Positions 43,001 through 49,853 of a DNA stretch of 51,290 nt are shown piece by piece (the first letter of the stretch is position 1; each line of letters begins with the position of its first letter). The stretch is from Candidatus Woesearchaeota archaeon. Its GTDB lineage: Archaea; Nanobdellota; Nanobdellia; SCGC-AAA011-G17; JAGVZF01. The position numbers were made by a program, and so were the translations under genes. The notes beneath the pieces were generated by a model. That model searched no databases. It saw only the letters and a list, made by a program, of their open reading frames with translations, and was not told the origin of the DNA. Location of the stretch: assembly GCA_018302805.1 (NCBI GenBank), contig JAGVZD010000001.1:1-51290 (forward strand), given 5' to 3'.

Positions 43001-43793
43001 TATTTTGAGAAGCACTCCATTCTAAGGTATCTCCATCGCGGTCTAAATCTTCCCCTAAATTTCTCCATATATTATCAACAAGGTCTTCGTGAAACCATTT
43101 AACAGCAGAATCTGGATTTCCTACAATAATATTTCCTTTTTCAATATACCAAGCTTCAGGAGAATCAATATCTGCATCAGGGGTAGGGGAAGGAATCTCT
43201 GGATTTCTTCCTGTATTTTTGTGATGCCATTGACTAATAAATAAGGGATCATTTGGAATAATTTGTGTAGAGCCTCCTCTAGGAATAGTTTCATCTGGTT
43301 CTAAGGGTATTTCTTCTAAAGTAAACCTAGATTTTGATACTGGTTCTGCTAACTCAATTTCAGAAAGGGAAGACCATTTATTTGCCTCAACAATTGTGTC
43401 AACATTTTCTGGTAAGTTAATTCTAACCCATCTATCTAATCCAATTTGTTTTTTAACTTCATAATTTTTTAAATCTGGTCTAGCATTAAAGATTTTCTTA
43501 ATATCAAGAACTTCTGCTAAATTTGAATTTTTGCTTTTAATTTGATTTATTAGATTTTCTACATTTTGCTTTTCTACTATGTCGTATCCTTCTTTAAATT
43601 TAACATAGATTACTCCTGTTTGATATTCTTTAATGTAGGTTAATTCATTATTAATATCTTGAAAAGTTACTTCTGCGATTGGTTTCGGTGATTTAAGAAG
43701 AATTTTTTCGTATTTTTGTTCTAATACAATACCCAATAAAATGATGATAATAAATACAATTATTGCAAGAAAAAGAAGTTTATTATCCTTCAT
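40071..43793 (-). CDS. 1240 aa membrane-anchored S8 subtilase fused to an FG-GAP/VCBS beta-propeller and a C-terminal CBM-like domain
   Basis: HGTFTTGVIAA (His) and HGATSIATPIVAG (Ser). At least 7 FG-GAP-like repeats (GDINNDATPEIVVG, GDIDNDGLLEIVVG, ADIDNDGSLDIVA, ADIDGDKLLEIIVG, ADLNNDDLPEIIVV, ADVDNDNNLEIVF, EDINNDGNLEIVA). N-terminal TM anchor. Confidence 0.85.
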   Translation of the reverse strand: MKDNKLLFLAIIVFIIIILLGIVLEQKYEKILLKSPKPIAEVTFQDINNELTYIKEYQTGVIYVKFKEGYDIVEKQNVENLINQIKSKNSNLAEVLDIKKIFNARPDLKNYEVKKQIGLDRWVRINLPENVDTIVEANKWSSLSEIELAEPVSKSRFTLEEIPLEPDETIPRGGSTQIIPNDPLFISQWHHKNTGRNPEIPSPTPDADIDSPEAWYIEKGNIIVGNPDSAVKWFHEDLVDNIWRNLGEDLDRDGDTLEWSASQNRYVFDSGDINNIDDDNNGFTDDFIGWDFKNNDNDPFIPCGPPYPCSPNWEHGTFTTGVIAAKPNNNIGVAGVCWNCKIIATAGFDDVNEIEYDIDNGAKVISMSLYGESSGIWADILNYAISRNILLVTAAGNRDGVWEVNHLCNNENVLCVTASTQQDKLKESSNFGPKTDIGAPANYVYTTNNDATTKYSKHGATSIATPIVAGVGALILSYNPALSPKEVISIIQSSVDPFVEPTVYFGTGRINAFNALRLTQRTLQTGSYPIAIIDGTQTRVTSNILNIFGTARSSRFSDYKIYLGTEIYPQSWTLLSHQTTQNDGLLYSIDLLTLSPGNYQVKLVVTDIYGQEAFDTFSFERNLHIQLTGWPILTQIGEYLEASPTITDFNGDRNMEIIALGQWTWVYVYNYDGSTYPGWPIAGGFPGFWTSPAVGDINNDATPEIVVGTRSTNIGSNLIVYDEDGSIHNGWPITLTTSGVNTPSLGDIDNDGLLEIVVGSGNNLYVFNEDRTYVNGWPIVSLSNRLYPQTPIADIDNDGSLDIVASLEDGWLYVFRANGSLLPGWPIQNNVGALMSPVVADIDGDKLLEIIVGSRDFEVISNNKLFIYGYNGLIKSGWPKTISEPPISTLAVADLNNDDLPEIIVVTYINQLSNKIYVINSDGSILTGWPKTINGFIGSPVIADVDNDNNLEIVFTATNYKLYALNEDASDVNGWPISTSEIFYSAPIIEDINNDGNLEIVALNYGPYIYAWELNGRANQFTGWPEFGKDGKNTGYYPSVNKQRNPSYEIDSGIDYYPNWNQEDNISNNNKPDGYVTSGSGLLDNVIKYQGSKSLKIQVTNDRGYSYQDIPVDYNKRYRVSGYIKTDCNDNNCYGTIISECENINHQPIWDYSNCKLNINPIDIRRLYNDNDWTYIEFDVENNRQDARFLRVLCYNTPGPNPVGSGIVWCDSFNVIEIPRGGGIGSPLFLKNIPQEGLIK

Positions 43794-43809
43794 TAATTAC
43801 ACCTTTTTT

Positions 43810-44157
43810 TCATTCTTCTTCAAGTTTTCTTTTAGTTAAAAATCTCCATTTTAAAGGCTTGGACTTGAATTTGTGTTCTATTTCTCTGAGAACTGCTTCA
43901 AAAGCTTTATGCAAAGCTTTATTTAAGTCCCAGTCTGATGAATTTGCATTTATTAATACAGATGGTTGATCTATACGTATTTTAATAGTAAATCTTTCTC
44001 TTTTTCCTGCAGTATCATCAATTTTTACTTGAAGATCTACATCAACATCTTTTTTTAAATTCCTCGCAATCTTTTGATAATATTTATTAGATATTTTATT
44101 AATTGCAGCTTGCTGTCCATCATTTAATTTTTTTAATCCAATAAATCTGATTACCAT
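43810..44157 (-). CDS. HPF/RaiA (S30EA)-like ribosome-associated protein
   Basis: By-eye alignment to bacterial YfiA/HPF holds along the whole length. The beta-alpha-beta-beta-beta-alpha spacing is conserved, and the C-terminal helix DWDLNKALHKAFEAVLREIEHKFKSK resembles [23 protein letters not shown]. Confidence 0.5.
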   Translation of the reverse strand: MVIRFIGLKKLNDGQQAAINKISNKYYQKIARNLKKDVDVDLQVKIDDTAGKRERFTIKIRIDQPSVLINANSSDWDLNKALHKAFEAVLREIEHKFKSKPLKWRFLTKRKLEEE

Positions 44158-44161
44158 TTTT

Positions 44162-44722
44162 TCACCTCTTTAATAAACAAATAATATATATTTCTTTACT
44201 TGTTTTTTTGCTTGCCATTGGTTTTGTTGATTTTACAAATCTGAATTTCTTTTTTAATTTTTCTATGAATTTATTTGTGTCTTTTCCTTGGAATATTTTT
44301 ACAAGGAAGTTTCCTTTATACCTCAAAACATTTTCTGCTATATATAATGCTCTATTTGATAAATCTAGGCTTAAATCAGAATCTAATGTACCTGTAGTTT
44401 TTGGTGCCAAATCTGATAAAACCAAGTCAAAATCAACTGAAATTTTCCTGATTTCGGAAATGATATCTTTATCCATAACATCTTTTTTCAGAAAGTTAAC
44501 ATCAAGGCCTAATATTTCCTGTTTATCAATTCCAAGAATTAGGCCAGTATTTCCTAATTTATTTTGGCAGTACTGTAACCAGGAACCAGGCCAACAACCC
44601 AAATCTAGGATTTTTTGATTTTTTTTAATTAATTTATATTTCTTATCTAAATCTTGCAGTTTGTATACTGAACGAGCTTTATAACCTTCAATTCTTGCTT
44701 TCTTTGAGAATTTATCTTGCAT
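44162..44722 (-). CDS. rlmE: 23S rRNA 2'-O-ribose U methyltransferase RlmE/FtsJ
   Basis: GYKARSVYKLQDLDKKYKLIKKNQKILDLGCWPGSWLQY and DLVLSDLAPKTTG are the FtsJ SAM-binding and catalytic motifs. The start is placed at MQDKFSKKA (ATG 44720-44722), 1 nt after the upstream stop. The ORF-track start is 44749. Confidence 0.85.
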   Translation of the reverse strand: MQDKFSKKARIEGYKARSVYKLQDLDKKYKLIKKNQKILDLGCWPGSWLQYCQNKLGNTGLILGIDKQEILGLDVNFLKKDVMDKDIISEIRKISVDFDLVLSDLAPKTTGTLDSDLSLDLSNRALYIAENVLRYKGNFLVKIFQGKDTNKFIEKLKKKFRFVKSTKPMASKKTSKEIYIICLLKR

Positions 44723-44723
44723 A

Positions 44724-45893
44724 TTAGTAGCTTTGAATTTGAGCATCAATTTTTGGAGGTTGATCAGGTTGTTGTGAGATTTGTAAATTCACATCCCTTG
44801 TTTCTATATTTATTTTTTCATGATCTTTTTGTATATTGATTACTTCTGCTTCAATTGGAGATCTAGCACCCCTTGCAAAGATCAAAGCTACTGGCTTAAG
44901 AATTGTTGCTTCTATAGGATCTACTCTTGTTTTATCAAAGAATTTGTCTACTTCCAGGTTAATTATTACACTTTCACATTTATTTTTCTGATTACATGTA
45001 AATCCTGTTGGACAACCACACTTTAAACAGTTTTCAATTAATAAACCATTATCACAAAATAATGGTTTTTCTGGAGAGCATTTATTATAATCAAGTTTAC
45101 CTTCGCAATATCCTAGAAATGACTCACTGTTTGTATTTATATTAACTGGGATGCAACATTTTCTGTTGATAATTTTTAAATCATAATCTAAATCCTGAGA
45201 AATTTCAAATTTTGTTTCATCCAAAATAAAATCGACATTTTTAATTGTGTATTCGAATTTATCTCCTTGGAAGTTTATGTTAAATTCTTCAATTGTTGAT
45301 TTATCTTGGTATGACAAACTAAAGTACAGTTTGTAAGGTTTTGATTTATCTAGATTTTGCGGCAGTTTTAAAATTAAGTCCTTTTGAAAGACTGCATAAG
45401 GTTCCATTATTTCTAGAAATAGACCATCTTGTGCTATAAAGGGAATGTAAGCCATTGCCGTAATATCCTTAATTGGAGCTTCTTTTAAATTTGTTAATTT
45501 TAGATCTAGTGTTAGAGAGGAACCTTCTAATTGAATTAATTTGTTAATATTTTCACCTGCATTGCAACTTTCAGTCAATGATATTAACTCTATTGAACCA
45601 GGACTGCATTCTGCTTGACAAATTCCATTAGATTGTTCGCAGTAATCAGATAATTCGCACTCATTTGTAAAAGTATTACAATTAAAACCTGCTGCACAGC
45701 CACATGTATTACATTCTTTAATTAAGGAACCTTGACTGCAGAAAAATGGCTTTTCTTGACTGCATTTATTGTTTAAAGTGCCATCTTTGCAAGTATCCCA
45801 AATAGCTAATGATGAAAGAAAGTTACTGCTCCCGGATAAGGTGAGTATTATAACAAATAGAAATGTTATTATTAAAAACAACCCTTTTTTCAT
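44724..45893 (-). CDS. secreted Cys-rich protein with two copies of a roughly 40 aa 6-7 Cys module
   Basis: Signal peptide. CSQEKPFFCSQGSLIKECNTCGCAAGFNCNTFTNEC is repeated as CSPEKPLFCDNGLLIENCLKCGCPTGFTCNQKNKC. Confidence 0.6.
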   Translation of the reverse strand: MKKGLFLIITFLFVIILTLSGSSNFLSSLAIWDTCKDGTLNNKCSQEKPFFCSQGSLIKECNTCGCAAGFNCNTFTNECELSDYCEQSNGICQAECSPGSIELISLTESCNAGENINKLIQLEGSSLTLDLKLTNLKEAPIKDITAMAYIPFIAQDGLFLEIMEPYAVFQKDLILKLPQNLDKSKPYKLYFSLSYQDKSTIEEFNINFQGDKFEYTIKNVDFILDETKFEISQDLDYDLKIINRKCCIPVNINTNSESFLGYCEGKLDYNKCSPEKPLFCDNGLLIENCLKCGCPTGFTCNQKNKCESVIINLEVDKFFDKTRVDPIEATILKPVALIFARGARSPIEAEVINIQKDHEKINIETRDVNLQISQQPDQPPKIDAQIQSY

Positions 45894-45916
45894 GCTTAAA
45901 AATTAGGCTAAGAAAC

Positions 45917-45924
45917 TTATAAAA
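45917..45924 (-). promoter_or_regulatory. BRE/TATA promoter of the Cys-rich protein gene
   Basis: The coding strand GAAAGTTTTATAAG lies 24-31 nt upstream of ATG 45893, within the 35 nt gap after the CPBP gene. Confidence 0.45.
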
Positions 45925-45928
45925 CTTT

Positions 45929-46804
45929 CTATAAAAATCTCTGGAGATACAAAAATAAAATAGGAAGAAGACTGAATATAATAAGGAAAATTATGTCATA
46001 AGAATTTAATTTCTGTGGAGATTTGGAAAATAATGGTTTTATTTCCTTGAAGAATGATTTAAATGTAATTAAGAATAAGATTGCCCATGTAATAAATAAG
46101 ATTGATTCTCCAAATAAATTATTGTTATTATGTAATATAATTTGATAAAATACTATAAAATTGTATAAAAGGTGCACTATGATTGTTAAAAATACATTCT
46201 TAGTTTTTTCATATAAAGATGAGATAACTAAAGATCCTAGAAAAACTGAAATTACTGTTATAACTGAATGATATATTGTATTAGGGATTAGGAAAAAATG
46301 TAGCAGTGCGAAATTTATTGATATTACTAAAATAACTACTGTGCTTTTATAAAATTTTGATAAGTAATTTTGAATTAATGACCTTTCTATTAATTCTTCT
46401 TTTATTATAAATAATGGCAGATTTATTAAAAAATATATTAATGCCAGAAATGATGATAAGTTGTAAGATGAGGTATACCATGAATCAAATGATGGATCTA
46501 AGATTCTGCCAATTAATGGAACTGGGAAAAGAAAGAATAAAGCATAAAAAGCAAGTTTGAGGTTATTTTTATTTAGTGACTTAAATCCAAAGAAAGATGA
46601 TTTTTCATTTGTAGTAAATTTTAATATTAAAATCAATAAGATAACTAAAAGTAGAGAATAGATTGCTGTAAGGTTAAACAAACCTAATGAATAGGAATTA
46701 TGTAATTTTATTGATATAAATGTGGATAATTTTGGAAGTATTAGAATTAGTAAAGAGTTTGAGAATACAAGTAATAGGATTATTTTTAAATTTATTTTTG
46801 CCAT
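45929..46804 (-). CDS. CPBP-family (CAAX protease/Abi) intramembrane metalloprotease
   Basis: Motif 1 EELIERS (EExxxR), motif 2 FALLH (FxxxH) and motif 3 HLLYN (HxxxN), in the correct order in a polytopic membrane protein. Confidence 0.75.
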   Translation of the reverse strand: MAKINLKIILLLVFSNSLLILILPKLSTFISIKLHNSYSLGLFNLTAIYSLLLVILLILILKFTTNEKSSFFGFKSLNKNNLKLAFYALFFLFPVPLIGRILDPSFDSWYTSSYNLSSFLALIYFLINLPLFIIKEELIERSLIQNYLSKFYKSTVVILVISINFALLHFFLIPNTIYHSVITVISVFLGSLVISSLYEKTKNVFLTIIVHLLYNFIVFYQIILHNNNNLFGESILFITWAILFLITFKSFFKEIKPLFSKSPQKLNSYDIIFLIIFSLLPILFLYLQRFL

Positions 46805-47769
46805 TTTTGATATTTATTTAAAGCTATTATAACTCTAAATGTTGTAAATACCTGACCAAAATTTTTTGGGGCATTTTTGGATAATAACCAACTTCCATTA
46901 TTCTCTTGTCTTGTAATTAGCTCTTGAGCTATTTTATCTATTTTTGCTTTATTTTGATAATTGCTTAATATTAGGACATCTAAAATATTTGCTAAGGTTG
47001 TAGTATCCTGCCATGTTTCTTTATCGTTTATTGAATTTGCTATATAGTCTTGAAAATATTTTATGTCTTTACTCGGTTCGTTAAATTCTACAAGCATTGT
47101 TAATGTATGTATTGCAGCATTTACTTTTGTAATTTTAATATGGTTTTCCTTAAGATAATTATAAGTATCCTGAACTAATTTTTCCTTCACGAATCTTATT
47201 TTTTCTTTGTAATGTTTTTGAATCAAGCGAACACACCAAGATTCATCTGCTATGGTTCTGAAATCTTGGTCTCCTTCATAGAAATTATCAGGTAGCCATT
47301 TGTTTAGATATAAACTATTCTGAACTAAAACTGCCATTTGTTTGTCGTTGTATAAATAACCTAGAATACAATATGTATCAAGAGCAAGGCCATTTGGCTT
47401 TTGCATTGAATCATTAATTATATTGTATAATTTTTCTTCTCTCCACAATGGAAGAAGCGATTCTAATATATTATTTGCTTCATTAACACTTGATTCTAGT
47501 GGTTTATATTCGTTGAATTCGTTTTTTATAAAAATTAAATTGAAGAATGCATCTAACTTCCTGTATGTTAACGTACAGTTTTGTGGTGGACATTCTAATT
47601 TTTCTGAGGGATATACATATTCTAGATAAGTATCTTTATAGCTTAAATCTAGATTTTCAACACTTTTTAGATATTGAATTCCTTTATTTATGGAATCTTG
47701 TGGATTTATTGTATAGGAACAAGAAGAAATAAAGATTAATAAAAATAAAATAAAATATGGCTTAAACAT
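46792..47769 (-). CDS. putative lipoprotein, weakly prenyltransferase/terpene-cyclase-repeat-like
   Basis: MFKPYFILFLLIFISSC has a lipobox-like start (ATG 47767-47769). A single Q-x-x-NGSW motif (LITRQENNGSWLL) is reminiscent of alpha/alpha-toroid repeats. The functional call is weak. Confidence 0.5.
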   Translation of the reverse strand: MFKPYFILFLLIFISSCSYTINPQDSINKGIQYLKSVENLDLSYKDTYLEYVYPSEKLECPPQNCTLTYRKLDAFFNLIFIKNEFNEYKPLESSVNEANNILESLLPLWREEKLYNIINDSMQKPNGLALDTYCILGYLYNDKQMAVLVQNSLYLNKWLPDNFYEGDQDFRTIADESWCVRLIQKHYKEKIRFVKEKLVQDTYNYLKENHIKITKVNAAIHTLTMLVEFNEPSKDIKYFQDYIANSINDKETWQDTTTLANILDVLILSNYQNKAKIDKIAQELITRQENNGSWLLSKNAPKNFGQVFTTFRVIIALNKYQKWQK

Positions 47770-47789
47770 TGTATATTGTGATACTATAA

Positions 47790-49352
47790 TTAACCTCCAC
47801 AATATCCATAGGGTTCAACGCAAGCTATTTTAAATAATGGAGAGAATATTGGACTACTACCCTGACCTATGCAGCAATCGTCATTGCAATCAATCAAATC
47901 ATTACAGTCATTATCCTTTAAGTCTGTACACATGGTTTGTCCTTGTTCACCTTCTACACCTGGGTTAATAAGACGATCATTGTCATCGCAATCATTACCA
48001 TCAACACATTCAGTGCTACAATATGTATCATTATCAGCATCACAACCTGGGTCACAAGGACCCTGTTTGCAGTTTTCATCAATAATTTCATTACAATTAT
48101 TATCTATCTTATCTCCACAAACTTCTGGGGTATACCAATTTATATTTGGATCGCCGTCATTACAATCTTCACCTGGCCATGGATGTGTATATCCAATTTC
48201 ACAATTCTCTTTACATGAACCATCATTATCTATATCACAACCATCAATACAATCACAAGGGCTTTCATCAGTTTGCTCATTACAATCATTATCCCATTGG
48301 TCTTCGCAGATTTCTCCTAATGGACGGTTTGGAAAACAATAAAAGCCACATTCAGTAACCAGATTATTACAATCTGTTTCTTTACCATTTGGGCAAATTT
48401 GCAATCCTGGATCGCCATAACCATCATTATCCTCATCATTGCACGTTCCACCACCATGAGCAGGACAGCTGTCATCATCATTATCTATTAAAGAATCGCA
48501 ATCATTATCAATTGTATCGATACATTGTTCATCTGTTGTTTCAAATGATGCGGGCGGATGAATAGAATCATCATTGTCCTGGCAATCATCGCCACCACAT
48601 AAAACACCATCAATTGTATCATCATCCCAATCACCATCAGGTATACATAAGGGGTTACCTACACATTTGCCATCGCAATTCGGATCTAATTCATCAGCAC
48701 CATTTTCGCAATCATTATCTAATTCATCAATACATAATTCACAATTATCTTCAGGATCATTATTTGGATGAGCTGCAGCTGATCCATCATTGCAATCTGT
48801 TTCAGCACCGTTGGTACATAAAGCAGAACCAGGATAACCATAACCATCACCATCACCATCAACACAATATACTTGTTCAGTTATATCACCAGAAATAATA
48901 GTTCCTTGATCTTCATGCGTAAGGACTTTACCAGCGATTTTATATGATACTTTTAAATTCCCTTTAAATCTTTGTTTATTTGATAACCCGTCGCAAGGTA
49001 CAAAAAACGGTTTTGAAGCATCAGATTCTATTGAAGGAAGATTTTCTGGATCTGATGAAGTACATATAACTCCTGGTTCAAGACTTTGTATACTTACAAA
49101 AACATCTGTAATAGTTTCTGGTAAAGCATTTGCCAAGATTAAAGAAACTCCTGCTTGAGATACCGAATATTCTTTGCAAATAGGTCCTCCTGGAGGAAGC
49201 ACACATACAGCAGAACCTGTGATTAAAGAAAGTGTGTTATCTCCAATTATCCCGAACTGCCAAAAAGCAGCTAGTGATACTAAAGCAGCTAGAATTGTCC
49301 AACCATAAGTCATTAAAAATTCAAGTGCACTTTGACCCTTTCTGTTAATCAT
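47790..49352 (-). CDS. archaeal type IV pilin-like protein (class III signal peptide) with a long Cys/Asp-rich MopE-like repeat region
   Basis: MINRKGQSALEFLMTYGWTILAALVSL is the archaeal prepilin signal (cleavage expected after KG). The C-terminal roughly 350 aa hold repeated C-x-D-x-D-x-DG-YG and DCND...P...E-x-C-x-D-x-DN-(D/N)-C modules. Confidence 0.75.
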   Translation of the reverse strand: MINRKGQSALEFLMTYGWTILAALVSLAAFWQFGIIGDNTLSLITGSAVCVLPPGGPICKEYSVSQAGVSLILANALPETITDVFVSIQSLEPGVICTSSDPENLPSIESDASKPFFVPCDGLSNKQRFKGNLKVSYKIAGKVLTHEDQGTIISGDITEQVYCVDGDGDGYGYPGSALCTNGAETDCNDGSAAAHPNNDPEDNCELCIDELDNDCENGADELDPNCDGKCVGNPLCIPDGDWDDDTIDGVLCGGDDCQDNDDSIHPPASFETTDEQCIDTIDNDCDSLIDNDDDSCPAHGGGTCNDEDNDGYGDPGLQICPNGKETDCNNLVTECGFYCFPNRPLGEICEDQWDNDCNEQTDESPCDCIDGCDIDNDGSCKENCEIGYTHPWPGEDCNDGDPNINWYTPEVCGDKIDNNCNEIIDENCKQGPCDPGCDADNDTYCSTECVDGNDCDDNDRLINPGVEGEQGQTMCTDLKDNDCNDLIDCNDDCCIGQGSSPIFSPLFKIACVEPYGYCGG

Positions 49353-49684
49353 TTCTTTTTTGACCTCTTTTTCGGTTTCTTAGAACTATGGATTTTATTG
49401 GATTTTGTCTTAGCTTTAAATAATTTGTTTTTATATTTATAATGCATTGATAAGAATAAAATTATTAAGAAATTATAAATTAGAAGAGGTATGACAATTT
49501 TTGTAATAATATTACTAGTTGTTGGAGGGAACATTACAAAATTACCTGTTATAAAATTCACTCTAGCTGGAATTACTGATCTTTCAATGATATAGTCTTT
49601 AATTACTTTATTCAGAATCAAACTATCTAAGATTATTAGCCAGATTGAGGCCAATATAGTAAATGTCAAGCCCCTCTTTTTCAT
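49349..49684 (-). CDS. small two-TM membrane protein with a Lys-rich tail
   Basis: Hydrophobic segments. The ATGA overlap with the pilin-like gene suggests co-translation. Confidence 0.5.
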   Translation of the reverse strand: MKKRGLTFTILASIWLIILDSLILNKVIKDYIIERSVIPARVNFITGNFVMFPPTTSNIITKIVIPLLIYNFLIILFLSMHYKYKNKLFKAKTKSNKIHSSKKPKKRSKKK

Positions 49685-49736
49685 TAGTTTATAAATTCAA
49701 ATTATGTATTTATAAGCTTTTCCATTGTGACGGCTT

Positions 49737-49796
49737 TGCCCGAGAAGTCCATGAAAAGTAAGACTTATCGGGCAGATTAAACACTTTTCGGGCAGA
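49737..49796. promoter_or_regulatory. GC-rich operator-like motif set (TCGGGCA x3) in a divergent promoter region
   Basis: tgcccgagaagt (49737-49748) and acttatcgggca (49763-49774) form an 11/12 inverted repeat. tcgggcaga is directly repeated at 49768-49776 and 49788-49796, 20 nt apart. The surrounding intergenic DNA is almost pure A/T. Confidence 0.4.
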
Positions 49797-49806
49797 ATTA
49801 GAAATA

Positions 49807-49814
49807 TTTATAAA
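49807..49814 (+). promoter_or_regulatory. TATA box of the terminal subtilase gene
   Basis: TTTATAAA lies 40 nt upstream of ATG 49854. GGAG Shine-Dalgarno-like sequence at 49844-49847. Confidence 0.4.
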
Positions 49815-49853
49815 GTCAAAAATTGGATGTTTTATAGCAGATAGGAGAAAAAT

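Noticed and set aside
47869-48898. Apparent His/Ser/Gln-rich ORFs on the plus strand opposite the pilin-like gene, considered as possible metal-binding peptides.
   Set aside because: They are mirror images of the Cys/Asp/Gly repeat codons (GAT/TGT/GGT read as ATC/ACA/ACC and so on). The minus-strand frame has the class III signal peptide and a coherent repeat structure.
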